A stretch of DNA of 61,669 bases, counting the filler, from Choristocarpus tenellus KU-1152 (lineage: Eukaryota > Protista > Phaeophyceae): NCBI GenBank assembly GCA_964200185.2. It is 10 parts of 10 records of this genome, joined end to end, with 100 filler letters (N's around TTAATTAATTAA, not from the genome) between each part and the next. Parts side by side here need not be neighbours in the genome. Positions count along the whole stretch, not along the records: positions 1 to 8,925 come from CAXNAD020004191.1; positions 9,026 to 12,807 come from CAXNAD020017955.1; positions 12,908 to 17,802 come from CAXNAD020012630.1; 7 more parts are not named here. One strand, written 5' to 3'. Shown here piece by piece: positions 1 through 13,267 of this stretch. Position 1 is the stretch's first letter; every line of letters starts with the position of its first letter. The notes below the pieces were generated by a model that had not been told where the DNA came from, made no database searches, and was given only the letters and a program-made list of their open reading frames with translations. The translations under genes were made by a program, and so were the position numbers.

Positions 1-597
1 CAGAAAGTGCGCAGTCAGGAGGTACAGCGAAGAGCTGGGGCACGGGGGACGGGGCTTCTGTAGGACCAAAAGTGGACGAAAACCCTAACCTACTCAAGTG
101 TGTACATTTTAAAAGAGGTGCAGCTACACGGTACGTTACGGCCTCATTACGGTCTCATTACGGTCTCATTGCATTGGGTGTGCGAAAATAATATCATAAT
201 AATATCCCATCAAACAAGGATGGCGTACTTGTCTCAGAGACTCGGACCGCGGGGGCTGACCCAGACACAAACAAAAAAATAATAATAATACTAATAATCT
301 AATTAAAAAAAAAAAAAATGCCAAGCCTAGACTAGACTAGGTGAGAGAGAGCAAACAACACAGTTGTTTGCGATCTTGTTACTATATAAATAAGAAATTG
401 ACTTTTCATTGTTTTGCAGAACGTGGAGCTCTGACAAGACCTGTGACAAGACCTGTGACAAGACCCATCCACCATTCGTACCTCGAGGGACTTGTTAGAC
501 CAACGGTGGAACAGAATGGGCAACAGCAACAAGACACAACAGAACACAGTACAGAGGCCGGGGCAGCTGCCACCAGGATTGGGAGCTCAATTTGCAC

Positions 598-1765
598 CTG
601 AAGACCTTGGACCTCCCCAACGAATGCCACGATACCCCTTCGTCCTCCCGGGAGAACTTCACACCGATGACCGACCTCGATTCCCTCTACAGACTCTGCA
701 CCTGGGGGAGGCCCTTCCTACTTGGTGGTAAGAGACAAGAGGCGGGGCATGGGGGTGGGGGTGGTAAGAAACTCTGGTACAGCGTATTGGGCGATTGCAG
801 GGGAATATATGCATGGTGGGTAAGAGAGAACAAATCTAAAGTGCTGTTGGTTGGGATCAAAGCCCAGGGCAGTTGGTACAAATATATATATATATATATA
901 TATATCGCTCTGTAGCACTACTGTCACACTCTAGTGTATTGTGTTGAGGGTACCCTCGCCTCAGAATCATACATGGGTCAATAAAACGGGTGCATCTATC
1001 AACTGGTTCGTACTACTATGTTCATACTACTATGTGTTTCATACTATGTGTTTGATTTGGGGTGGCCACAAAAGAACTTCTATGTGTGTCATCCCTTATA
1101 CATACGCCTGGAGACTATACGTAAAGGAGATCAAGCTCGCCCTCAAACCTACAGAGTACCAGATTGGCACGGAAGTCCAATATGCCTGTAAGAATCACAT
1201 CCAGTTCATATACTTTCACTTGTTGTAGGTTCCATGGCATATTGGCATATCATGCCCTAGCTCCAACAGCTAATTGAAAGAGGGAACAGACGGGGGTGAC
1301 TCTGCACATGCCTGCTCCTGACCCTCCACCAAGCAGTACACCACAGTACAATCAGAACACAAAATAAAAAAAATCAAGAACCACAGGTACAAGGATTCAA
1401 GTATGGTAGTGGTACCTACCACGATAAATGCTATAGCATGTAGTGAGCTCTCTGGAGAACAAAGAATGTTAAACATAGAATGCTAAACAAAGAGTGTTAA
1501 ACAAAGAGTGTTACGGGACAACATCGGTACTCTGAAAAAAAAAAAAAGGGTGTGCAGACAACTATGTTCCGCTAAGCCACTCGTACTAGTGCCACAACAT
1601 TTGAACTACTACTTAGGGTGGTACTTAACAAGTCCATGCAGCCTTTTGAGCACTAATTTCTACAAGGTACCAAGAAGTTCACTACCTCACTACTTATCAT
1701 TCTACAAACTACCACACCCACCACTCACCCTAGGACGCATAACACTCCATCTTGTCAGCACATAG

Positions 1766-1816
<51 letters not shown>

Positions 1817-4800
1817 GCATAGCACTCACCAACCCAAGCAATGACCCAACTGTACTCCTCTCTACAAAATCCTCCTCACCACAGGGGCCTTGCCCTCCCC
1901 TGCTGTCACCTTCTTCTCCAGCCAAGGCTCCACCCAGCTGGGGTCCTTTGCCTTCTGCTCCTTCACCCAGCTCCTATTTTTCATAGCACACACAGGCACA
2001 GGCACACAGGCACACACACACACATTGTTTGTTTTTTTTTGCAAGTATAGGAGTGAGAAAGGTGAGGTGTGAGAGGTGGCAAAGGTGGATTGAGGCAGGG
2101 ATTAACCCTAACCCTAACCCTAACCCTAACCTCATCAGGAAAATTTTCTATACACTAACAGCCGTGGTATGGTAGCAAGTAGAAAGTCAATTCGTAGCCA
2201 GTTGATTGCAATTGCAAAGGCTTGTGTAAAACATGTCTCTCTAAACATGTTTCATATATACAGCGGGGTGGAAGGTTATGGTGTAAAGTGGAGATAATGG
2301 TGTCTGTAGCGACTCCGATACACTGTAAAGGGACACAAGCAAAGTCAAGAAAACACTGAGTGTTGTACAGGATAGCGTACTCAAGTGCATTTGGCAGTTA
2401 CACAGCACAACATTGTGGCAGGGAGGGGGGTGGGGTCTGGTGTCTGTCCAGGACATGGGATGGAACAGAGAGTGCACATCCACTTGAGTCAAAGTATCTT
2501 AGAGGGCAGAGCCGCATCCATTTCGGGGCCAAAATCCAATGTTGCAATTTCTAAATGTAATTTTGGCTATCATGTTTGTTAGGAGATGTCAATATCCTTG
2601 TTTTGGACACATATTTTTATAACGTATACATTATACAGTATACATTATACCGAAAAATATTGGAGTTGGTAAAATGTCATTCAAAACCCGTGGGAAGCCA
2701 AGTCCCAAATGGACAAGCAGTGAAAAAGCTGTACCCTCCAAGATACTTTCGCTGACTCACTCACTTCGAGTAGAGATATGGCTAACATTTGGTTCGAGTT
2801 AATTGCTAGGAATCATATTTGCCACGTTAGTGCATTGTTTGGGACAAGAAAGGACAAGAAAAGATACACAGTGAAAACAGCCAGAAAAAAATAATAATTC
2901 AAAAAAAGTGTTGAGGGTGAGATAGCAGCACCACTAGGTTGTGTAGGGTTAAAAATCAAAAAGAATAATAATAGGGTTTAGGACGTAAGAAAAAGAGGGG
3001 TCTGGGTTAGTTAGGGTTAGGGTTAGGGTTAGTTTTTTTTTTAGCTTAGAAAAGGGGTTAAGGATTTAGGATATCTAGATCCACATACAAGGCAAGAGCC
3101 CCCAACATGCTGGCAGGCAGGCAGGCAGGCAGGCAGATACCTCAAGGTTCCCTCTCGTTGGTCATATTCCTCTTCTGTCATCCTGTACTTCTGCACCAAG
3201 GAAGTGTCCTCCAGACCTCCACCACGAGATATAGAGAAAGGGTCGTCATCCACCACATGTATCTGGTAGGAGAGATGGATGGGGGTAGAGAGAGACAAGG
3301 GGGTTGGAGTTGGGTGTGTTATTGGTGGGAGGGGGCTCACGATTGGGAGGTGGATCGAGGCAGGTTTGGACAGTGCAGGGTGGTTGAAGGGACTTGAAGG
3401 TGGTGTGGTAGGGGGATAGGTGGTTGAAGGGACAATGGAGAGGCTAGTGGATTGTGCGGCAGGAGAAATAAGAGAAAAGATGTACTGCAGGAAAACGCCT
3501 CCAAGGGTGATTGTTTGTAACGCAGTCGACAATAATCGTGGCTCTTAAATCAAATACAAAAATCAGTGTCACATTTAGCGAGTAGGACCACCCTCTCTTG
3601 AAGCTAGCTCTTGGAGGGGGGGAAAGGGCTTTTGACTGCACTTCAGTAACAGAAACACACATCCACTGTCCAAGACAGCAAGCTGCATGCGGAGGGCGAG
3701 GCATGCGAGGGCAAAGCACTCATGTCTAACTAACAGATGGACTGTGGCAATCATGTCTAATGAGCCGATGGAGTATAGTATACAAACATGCAAGAACAAA
3801 TTTCCAAGTAATTGGCGTGGTCCAAGCACCCCCCTTCCCCCAGCCGGCCCTCACACAAGATCGCACCTCCATGCCATGCCTTACACCGTAGAAACCCAGC
3901 ATCTTTGAATCGTCAGTCAAGGCACAGAGCTGTTACAACAGTGGTGACCCCGCCAAGCATTCACACAAGGGTTCCCCCCAGATTGTCGCGCCAGAGCATG
4001 TCCATCACACAAATAAGCACGGAATTGGAAGCATTGGCAACAATGCCAGCAGTCACCAAACCACAATGAATAGCACCGGAATATGAGTAGATTAGTTGGG
4101 GAAGGGGGAGGTGGACACAGTGCAGTCAGTAGTGGAGAGTGTATTACAGAGGTGAAGAAGTTGGAGGTAGAGTGCACTATTGGATATCATGGCAAGACAA
4201 GCTGTCTACAATAATGTGGAGTGGTTTCACTCACTTAGGAGCTTAGTTGCTTTACTAAAGTGGTTGAATCATGATTATCGCTGTTCATGACTAGCGCATG
4301 TTTTAGAGTCATGTTCATGTCAATCTAAGGTGTGGTTGGGCGTGGCACCCGCGATAACCCATGCCCTGGATATGTCCATACCTTGCAAATGCAGTCAGCA
4401 GAGCGTAAGTCTATTTGTTCTGCACCGGGCAGTATACATCGGAAGTGTCTCCAACAAAAAGTCTCCAACAAAAAGTCTCCAACAACAAAAAAAGCACTAG
4501 ACTCTGTGTTTGTTGCCCACAACAATTCCAGTTGGAAAGTCCACGACCAGTTCCTGATGATCTCAACCCAGGTGGTGCTGACCACCTGTCTAATTTTTCA
4601 CTTCCCACAGTCCCCCCTGCCTCAAACACACACCACCTAGGTAGAGCACTATATAGGTTGCAAATCACACTTGAAGGCATTCAGCAACATAGTCACACTC
4701 ATCCAGAACCCACATAAAAGAAAACAATGATTAATTCCGAGTATGGACTCAGTGCTTGCCCTGCGCTCCTGTAGTGTTACTCTCGCATTTGCAATGTACT

Positions 4801-5737
4801 GCTGTGCTCTTTCTTTTTGAATGCATCTCTTCACACCTCGTCAATTAACTTCATCTTCATCAACAGCCAACAACGTACTGGTTCTTAACAAGCGTTCAAG
4901 AGAAATTTGCAAAGGTAGCAGATGTTACGGAAAAAGTGGATTCACGCACCTCCACACACTTCACACAACCACCCACAAGAAAATGAATGAACATTATCAA
5001 AAGCAGTGGGTATCATATCGGCTGGGTATCCTCCCTAAAACGAAAAACAGGGCAAATCCAGTCGGTAAGCTCTTTCGTACGCACCGTTTGCCCCCCCGAC
5101 CTGAGCTGCAACTTCTGCATCCCCGGGTTTGTACCGCAGTGCTTGTATATCTTACCCTTGATTTCTCCAATCTAGAAAGGAAGGGCCAGGTTGGGGCAAC
5201 AATAAGAGGGCGGAGTCAGAAAGCGAAAAGAAAATAGGACACACTCTAAGTAGAAGGGGGTGGAAGTTGGGACTTTCACTGACTTCACCACCATTCACCT
5301 TGGCCCATGGGATTGAGAAAACACATCAGAGTTAGTCACCAATACCTATTTTTACTAAATGTGCTTAGCTTCGTTAGGTTTGAAATTCTCAGAGGAGGGT
5401 GGCGACTTCTAGTATTCGTGGAACCCATGGGTACAACATCTCTCATCTTCTTGATCGCCTGGAATTTATGGGCTATTTAGACCTCCCTTTTGCTCCCTCA
5501 CAAGTAAATTTTCTCTTGTACAAAAATCATCAAACACGCATGTGCATCCGAAGGTCATCACCCTAACGTAAAATAACACCTCACCGTTTGGCTGAGGTCG
5601 AACTTGAGTTCGATCATCCGACTGGAGAGGTTCGAATGCGTGATGTTAACGCTCACAACTCCCTCCGCAAGGCCTACAAACTGCTGATCATCTTTTGCAG
5701 TGACATACCTCCGCAGAGCTTCCAAGTCGGCTGACAT
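598..5737 (-). CDS. TBCB: Tubulin-folding cofactor B (UBL + CAP-Gly), spliced, 3'-partial; exons 5585-5737, 5085-5171, 3867-3929, 3141-3262, 1880-1973, 598-717
   Basis: Phase-consistent GT-AG exons give MSADLEALRRYVT...VSVNITHSNLSSRMIELKFDLSQT|IGEIKGKIYKHCGTNPGMQKLQL...|LCALTDDSKMLGFYGVRHGME|IHVVDDDPFS...VQKYRMTEEEYDQREGTLR|SWVKEQK...|...IEVGHRCEVLPGGRRGIVAFVGEVQGLQ. This is a UBL domain, the KY..SEEEY linker and the start of CAP-Gly. The rest of CAP-Gly was not found in the window. Confidence 0.93.
2104..2130 (+). repeat. Interstitial telomere-like (CCCTAA)n tract; similar tracts at about 3004-3032 and 21402-21465
   Basis: aaccctaaccctaaccctaaccctaac here, ttagggttagggttagggttag near 3011; all intronic. 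Confidence 0.8.
2486..2758. mobile_element. MITE subfamily B (about 270 bp) in a TBCB intron
   Basis: Ends GAGTCAAAGTATCTTAGAGGG ... CCCTCCAAGATACTTT(cgc)TGACTC, flanks actt/actc. Internal sequence matches the copies at 40725, 51538 and 53146. Confidence 0.85.
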
Positions 5738-6242
5738 TGCCCGTGGATATTAGGGATCTAGGGAGAAAAAGTTTCTTCAAAATTCAAAATCAACGTGGAT
5801 TGTACAGGGTAGACCAAACCGCCAGTGTGAATGAATGTAATAATTTAGCACGGGACGAATGCAGAGGAGAACAAGAAATATTTCCTGAGGTGGGGCGATG
5901 CCCAGTATTGCTACTACTACTATCCGTGTCTTTGTCCTCGACTGAACACAGAGAAGTAGGACCCATCCACTGCTCAATACACATTAAATGGGTGTATTTA
6001 TAGATTATACGAGTGCTACGTAGCGCTATGTAGCGCTCATAGCTCGGTAAGATCAACGATATTAAAATCAAATTAATGTAAATGTAAAACCATATATTAC
6101 CGCCTTCCTGATCTTGTTCCTAAATATATCACAACAACCACAAGCCTCGTCTTTCTCAGTCCTCAACATTTGAAACCACAACAGGTAGGGATCTTCCCAT
6201 TGATGTGAGAAGAACACAGAGGGGTACTGTAGAAAGTCACAT
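5738..6242. promoter_or_regulatory. Probable bidirectional promoter between head-to-head TBCB and the RRM gene
   Basis: Divergent ATGs at 5737 (-) and 6243 (+) about 505 bp apart in one contig. No motif identified. Confidence 0.5.
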
Positions 6243-8925
6243 ATGCTGGAAATAGTGTCACAGATACCCGAGGTTCCGAAGGGCGACGGCATGGAGGCCG
6301 CACCCAAGAGCCTCACCTCCAAAGAAAGAAGAGCTCTTCGCAGAGCCTCCCTTCGTGACAGCAATGCCAATGGTGAGCATAGTATTGCAGATCCTGCTAC
6401 TTCTATCAAATCTGATAGTTTGAAAGAAGAGGTGAAGGATAGTAATGCGGGAGATAAGGTCTGTGGAGGGACTCCGGGCGCAATGAATGCCAAGGAGCGA
6501 AGGGCTGCACGCCGAGCGGCGGCGAGAACTGGACAGGAGACCTCAGGAAAGGATTTGAACTCTAATGGGCGACAGAACGCCGATATTGTGGGAAAGATTT
6601 CGTCAATGGGGAAGGAGACCTCGACGAGTCCAGCAGCAAATGTTACAGACGTTAGCAATATTGAGTACCTTCCAGGTTCTACTGCCAAGGAACGACGTCT
6701 CGCGCGCTACAAGGCATCTAAAGCAGCCGCGGCCGCAGCAGTGGCAACTCCAGCATTTGAAGCTGATTCCCTAGGATCCAATGGAAGCATGGCAGAGGTA
6801 GTGACACCTGGGTTGGCCCACCTCGCTACCTTGACCACAGTTGGTACCCTGCCAATAGGGGACTTGAACGTGGGGAAGGGGTCAACTACCAAAGAGCGTC
6901 GCCTCGCTCGACGTGCGGCGGAAAGGGCCTCAAGTGCAGGTAATAATAATGCCTTAGAGGAAGCCAAGATAAATGCTGAGGCTCCCACCACAGAAAAGAT
7001 AACGGGATCCACTGTGAAGGAGCGCCGACTCGCCAGGAGGGCGGAGCAGAGGAAGAGGGATCGCGAGGGGGGGGGCGAAGATGGGGAGGCTGGAGGTGTG
7101 GGGCCTGTCAAGAAGCAAAAGAGATTGCCCCCAAGTGTCAGCTTAGGACCTGGGGTGAGGGGTGGAAATGTACCACATATCGTATTTGTAGGTCAGCTAG
7201 CCTTCAACACTACTGCCAAAGCGGTAGAGGAGCACTTTCGGACGAAGGGGTTTGTGGAGGGGAAAATCTCTGTGCGGCTGCTCACTAAGCCTGGGACCAA
7301 CCCTCCCCAGTCCAAGGGGATGGCGTTTGTGGAGGTACGGCATGTTGTGGCTTGTGTTGATTTAGATACAGCACTTCACAGGGGAACAGATCATTTCTTC
7401 TTTACACATGCCATGTTTGCACTTTACCTTGGCAGAAGAGGATTGCAGAATCCCTTCAAAATGTGTATTTTCCCCCTATTGCCACTATTGGGGTGCAGCT
7501 GCAGATACCTAACCTGGCTCTCTATACCTTCCCAGGTTGTTTGTATCGTTCACCATCAGTTGGGTAGGCACATCTTAACCTCCCTTGTCTTTTTTTCCCG
7601 ATTTCATCTCCTCCTCCCCTTCCCCCCCCATCTCTTGAGCAGGTGCGTGATGCAACAGCAGCGTACAAGTGCCTGAGTCTTCACCACAGTCGACTAGATG
7701 GGAGACTTCTTAATGTGGAACGCACTAGCGGCGGGGGCAAGGTACTGTAGGAATGTTACCTGTACAGACTTCTCATTGCTCGGGAGAAATGTGTAATTTG
7801 ATGTGAAGGGCCACTGGAATTACGCGTAGGTTGATGGATTAGGGGAAGAAAAACTGTACTCTATTGACCCAATATGTGACTTGCAGGTCATTCTATCAAT
7901 GCAAATGTTATTTTGAACTTAACTCCCTACCTTCCGGCACTAGTCTGCATTATGGTGTGATCTGTTGTGCAGTTACAACCTTAGACTACTTTCACTCATT
8001 GCTGTTTCTATCTCATTTTTTTATTTTTTGTGCACTGTTGTTATGGCAGGGGCGAAAGACTCAACGCATTGAGGAAAAGCGGGTAGAACAAAAGGAGTAC
8101 ATTAAAGGCCTTGTGGACCGGGTGCTAAGGGAGGCCATAGATGCCGGCAGGCTCAGTGAGGCGGAGCTGGATGCAGACGCCATTGGTGTGCTGGAGAAGA
8201 TGGAGGGCAAGGTGAACTAGGCAATGGCACATGTGCAGCATTGAGTGCATCTTGACTGTTGTCAGAGCCGTTTTGACACGGACCCCCAAGGGAGTGAAGA
8301 GGATACAATGGGGTCTGGTGCATGGGCTAGCAATTGATGAGTGCCCTCTGGGAAATTGTTGGTCTGATGCTCATGTTTGAAGAACTCCACAATATTTCTC
8401 TGCTTATCATTGTGGAGGATGTGATCTACTGCCTGCAGTAACATGACATGTAATTTTTCTTAGGTTGTGTCAATACAGTGCATGTAATTTCCCAAGACAT
8501 AGATTGGGCAGTGCTGATTGTACAGAAGGAAGTATGCTCAGTGATTTATCTCTCTCTAGGTCATTTTTCATCACTCTATGTGAGCAATATACGTGACACT
8601 TCTACTAAAGGTAATCCCCCCGCTATAGCCAGAACTAACCACTGAACTTCCCTGTGTGTTTTGTATATTACTAGGTGGTTGAGCGTGCAGTGAAGGACTA
8701 CTGTGACAAGCCTGACCGGTTGGACCTCTGGAACCCTTCTGCCTGGTTCACGCATCATGCTCACCAGCTAGCCTTCCGAGATGACCCAGATAAACTTGAA
8801 GAGGGGGGAGAGGCCTGGCTGAAGGCTGAACAGGAAGCTAGAGAGGGATCCAAGAAAGGACGGGGAGGACGGGGACGAGGTAGTGGGGGTAGAGGAGGGG
8901 GAGGAGGCAGGGAGCAGATGACTGG
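6243..8925 (+). CDS. RNA-binding protein: basic KERR repeats, one RRM, C-terminal hnRNP-Q/R acidic (NURR)-like helical domain and RGG tail; exons 6243-7334, 7643-7741, 8050-8211, 8675->8925 (runs into gap)
   Basis: RNP2 IVFVGQL and RNP1 KGMAFVEV, continued by spliced VRDATAAYKCLSLHHSRLDGRLLNVER. Then AGRLSEAELDADAIGVLEKM...LWNPSAWF, then GRGGRGRGSGGRGG. All splice phases are 0. Confidence 0.88.
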
Positions 8926-9025
8926 NNNNNNNNNNNNNNNNNNNNNNNNNNNNNNNNNNNNNNNNNNNNTTAATTAATTAANNNNNNNNNNNNNNNNNNN
9001 NNNNNNNNNNNNNNNNNNNNNNNNN
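8926..9025. other. Assembly gap with synthetic TTAATTAATTAA six-frame-stop linker; also at about 12808, 17803, 20839, 34012, 40625, 51719, 55141, 57963
   Basis: An identical N-run/linker/N-run block of about 100 bp occurs nine times. Confidence 0.97.
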
Positions 9026-12000
9026 GGGGGGGGTGGAGGAACCTGGAGGAAAACGTGGTCCACATGGGGTGAAGGCGGGTTCAGGGGTAGATGGCTTGGC
9101 GACGGCAGCGGCGGCATTGGCTGTGGCTGATGCAGAAGCAGCGGCTGCCTTTCTGTCAATTGATGAAGATGTTGTTCCTGCGGATGAGTGGGTCCAGTGT
9201 GACCATGCTCATTGCAATAAGTGGCGGCGTTTGGCTCCAGGAATGGATTTGGACAGTGTTGATAAGTGGTGAGCAAGGGGTAGGTTTGGAATGGTTTGGC
9301 TTGAGTTTTTTTTGAATTCGCATTTGAGTGTGTGAATTAGTGATTGTGGTACTACTGTGAGAGTTTGATCTGATCTGACTTGCTCTCACGTGGGTGGACT
9401 ACTCGAGTCTGAATCTTGATATGTGGGACTTTGATTTATGATGCGCCGTTCTTTCTTATTTAGCACACTCTCATTGTTGCAGGTAAGGCTGGGGGTGTGT
9501 TTGATGTTGGGATGTGGTGTTAGATTTTCAGCAAGGTATTGCCACAGATAGATATTTCTCCAGTCTGGATCTGAGGAAAGTGATATTTTGCCTCAAATGG
9601 CTCTGTGCTGCATCTGTGCTGCATCTGGTAGATTTTTTTTTTTTTTTCCTGAACAAGAAATAGGTTGAAGAATGTTCTGTCCCACTTTGAACAGTGTCAA
9701 AAACAAACGAGACAAATTGTGACTGTATAGAATATTAACCTTGCCAATATCCTATATATAGAATATTCTCCAAGTGATACATGAATAGGGCGGGGGGGTG
9801 TCGACTGTTGGATGTTCAGACACGTTGCTTGGTGTACCTGCACCCCCACCATCTAGTGCTCTGTCCCTAACTGACTGCAACCTTGGCAGTGTTGTTGCTT
9901 TATGGAAAGGTATGGTTGATATGGGTACATTTTTTGTGTGTTGGTGAGTGGACCCAGTGGCTGTGTTCTTTTCAGTGATGACAGAGGGGCGAAGGAATGG
10001 GAGTGTAGATGAGACTTCTTTTGGGGACATCATTGGTGTTTTTGTGTGTGTATACCCCTAGTTCTTGGAGGCTGAGGAATAGTGTTGCAGTGTAGTTAGT
10101 GTCGGATCATGTTGTATGCTGTGCAGGGAGAGGGTGGGGGTGTGTGAGGGGAGGATGAAGGGAATCGTGTTTAAAATGCTGTTGTTGAGCTGTTCTAGGG
10201 TGTATGTACCCTGCTTATATCCACTCCGAAAGCTTCATGTTAGTGTTTTTACTATGGGAAGAGTTGAGGGATGCTCAGTGTATGGGGATGCAGAAGGTAC
10301 TGGAGGAGTGCAATAACATATTTGCTGGTTGCAGTACTTGAGAATAGGAGGTTTGCCATGTTGTAATGGGATTTGATGTGGGTTGTACTCTGTGCGGTGA
10401 GTGTGTGGGATTTGGGTGTGTATTTATGGATCTTTAGATGGATGATACTTTGGTCCTGCTTTGGAAGTACGGGTAGAGTAACGAAAATGCTTGCTGTTGC
10501 AATAGGAGCACAGCAAATCCACTGGAATGTTGTTATCTCTTGATGAGCTGTGATGTGTAGTGCATAGGTTATTCAGGGCCGGTTTCCCAGTGTTTTGATG
10601 TGTTGGTTGTGAGTGATCGATGTGAATGCAATGGATGGGGTGCACTGGTCTTTGGACAAAGGGACAAAGAGGTGATGGAATTATTCGTTGAACCAGCTCT
10701 AAGAGCTTGCTGTTGCACATAGTGTTTCCCCTTGGCTTGACCAACTTCAACAAAGGACTGTTATCCAAAACACCATACACAATTTCCATGATGACATTTG
10801 TTGTCCTTCACAGCAAAGATTGAGTTGGAAATGCCTTCACCTTCACCTTTCCCTCCCCTCCCCCAAACCTATGCCCATAATTGATCTTACCCTTAGGTAC
10901 TGTGAGATGAACACCTGGGACCCTGCAAGGGCCACTTGCTCTGCCCCAGAGGAGATTGATGAGCAGGTGGTGGGATCCAGAGTTGGGACGGTAGGGCGGA
11001 CTGACTCTGTTGCTGAAGCAGCTGCTCCCAGTGGGTCTCGAACTCTCCGAGGTTCAAGTAAGAGACCACGTGCAAGCTCTGGTGCGGAATTGGGTGGGGG
11101 CCGGTCCATTGATGGGGGGGCTAGTGGGGGTGAGGGTGGAAGCAGGGCCACAGGAGGCAAGGGCAGGGGGAAGGCAAAGAAGGTGGAGCAGCAATGGGTA
11201 TGCTGTGATCACTGTGAGAAGTGGCGAAAGCTGGGCCCTGGGGTGGAAAAGGATTCGTTACCTGAAAAGTGGTGAGAGGTCTTGCAGTAGGCTGGTATTG
11301 TGTGTTTTGTTGAGGTAGGGGTGGGGGGGGAGGGTGGGAGAGAGGGAAGGGGAAGGGGGGATGGTTATCTTCTTGTGGCCTTGCTTGTTTGTTCAAGATG
11401 AGTTGGGGGGATAGGGTGGGAATGCTGGGGATATTGGACTTTCTTTCCCTTCAGTTGTGAATAGGCTTTCCTCGGATGAGATGTGCGTTATGTTGACTAT
11501 ATCATGACAAATCACTTCACTTTTTTTTTTATAGTCTTCTAAATATGTTTAGTGGGTGTTTCAAAAAATGAGTATTTTTGATATTGGTTGAACCTCAAGT
11601 GGTTTTGAAAGCTCAAGAGACTTGCTAGTCTTGTTCCTTGATCTCACACCTGTTTTGTAACCAGGAGCCTTCCACGCAATATATGTATTATATATATTTT
11701 TTCTATGAAGAAAGATTCATCATACAAAGTCTTTACCATAACTGTCATACCTCGACAAGGTCAAAGCCCCTGATCTTGGAAGTATAAACTACCAGAGGAA
11801 ACCCCCCCCAAAATATATATATCTCATTTTTTTGTCCACTCCGGAAATGCTTTTTGGTACCATGATGGATGTTGAGTATATTTAGGCTCCTTTGGAGAGC
11901 GACACCTCTACCAGAATATGTTGTGAAAGGATCAACCGGCACCACTTTGATTGATCGAACCAACTACTGAACACCTACGCCTAAAAAATGCTGAGAGGTT

Positions 12001-12807
12001 AGGAGACTCTTGATAATTTGTGTCGTTCACTTTAGAGATTGTGGTGGCATGCGCTAGGGTATGTATCTCTGCAAGGTTATATATCTACGCTGAGTGATTT
12101 TATGTAATTTTATTTTACTCTTTTGTATTTTCAACTGGTACGGATATTCTGTGAGCCCCAGGATCCCCCACTTCTATCAGTAACCCCAGATTCAGAGGTA
12201 ACAATTACCGAGCTTCTTGCTGCTGACCTCATTGCTCAAGGATCAATCGGTCTCAGAAATCTGGGTGCTGTGAAGGCTGATGGGGTCAATAAAATATTGT
12301 GTGAATGCTAGCACAAGTGAATACCTACATTAATTTTTTGTTCTTGTACCCTCAGGGTACACTCCCCCCCAGTCCATCCGCCCATCCACCTATCTAGCTA
12401 ATCTGTGCACACGTATTTACATTGTTTTTTTCTTTGTTGTGTTCCTCTTGTGTCCGGTGAGCTGCCTCCCATCTACTCTGCCGCCCGTTGAACCAAATAT
12501 ATATATGCCCCTCAAAAAAAAAAAGTTAATTTTCAACACACTCTTATCCCTCCGATGGACTCTTTGCTGTACCATCACACGGCAGGTACTGTTCGATGAA
12601 CACCTGGGGACCCTACAGCTCGTGTGAGTTTGAGGAGGAAGCAGACCTTGAGGTTGACCCATTTCCTGCTCCTCTTCTCTTGAGACCTGCCGGTGGAGGT
12701 GGGGGAGGACGCGGGGGAGGGTCAGGTTCGGGTATGGGGGGCGGGGGGCGGGGCGGGGGCGCAGGGGGGGGGGGGGGACTCCTGGGTACTACCAGCAACG
12801 CCAAGGC
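9026..12807 (+). CDS. CW-type zinc-finger protein with at least 2 CW domains, partial at both ends; exons <9026-9268, 10897-11271, 12586->12807
   Basis: EWVQCDHAHCNKWRRL...DKW|YCEMNTWDPARATCSAPEE and QWVCCDHCEKWRKL...PEKW|YCSMNTWGPYSSCEFEEE, both matching the zf-CW signature. Confidence 0.9.
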
Positions 12808-12983
12808 NNNNNNNNNNNNNNNNNNNNNNNNNNNNNNNNNNNNNNNNNNNNTTAATTAATTAANNNNNNNNNNNNNNNNNNNNNNNNNNNNNNNNNNNNN
12901 NNNNNNNGCTGGTGGCGCTGGGCGGTGTGCAGGTGGGGGGGGTGGGTGTGTGTGGTGGGGGGTGGGTGGGGGGGGCCGGCGGC

Positions 12984-13025
<42 letters not shown>

Positions 13026-13267
13026 ATCGCCATGATCAGTGGTGGGTAGGGAGAGGTGGGAGTGCAAGTTGAAGGTACAAGGGCATAAATTGAATTATGG
13101 ACAGATAAGGGTTGTTCTCTCGAGTATGGAGACTTTATAATGAGTCCTTGTATTCAAACACGATAATGCAGAACATCACTACTCAGATAGTAAAAATCCC
13201 AAGTAGGTCAGCCACCCAATGACATAAGGGTAAGTGTGCTCCCCTGGAGTATGCTGAGGTGTCTCAC

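Noticed and set aside
433-463. 3 x 12-bp repeat; also 14-bp repeats at 4447-4485 and a 30-bp duplication at 60744-60799
   Set aside because: Simple local slippage repeats with no spacers; not CRISPR-like.
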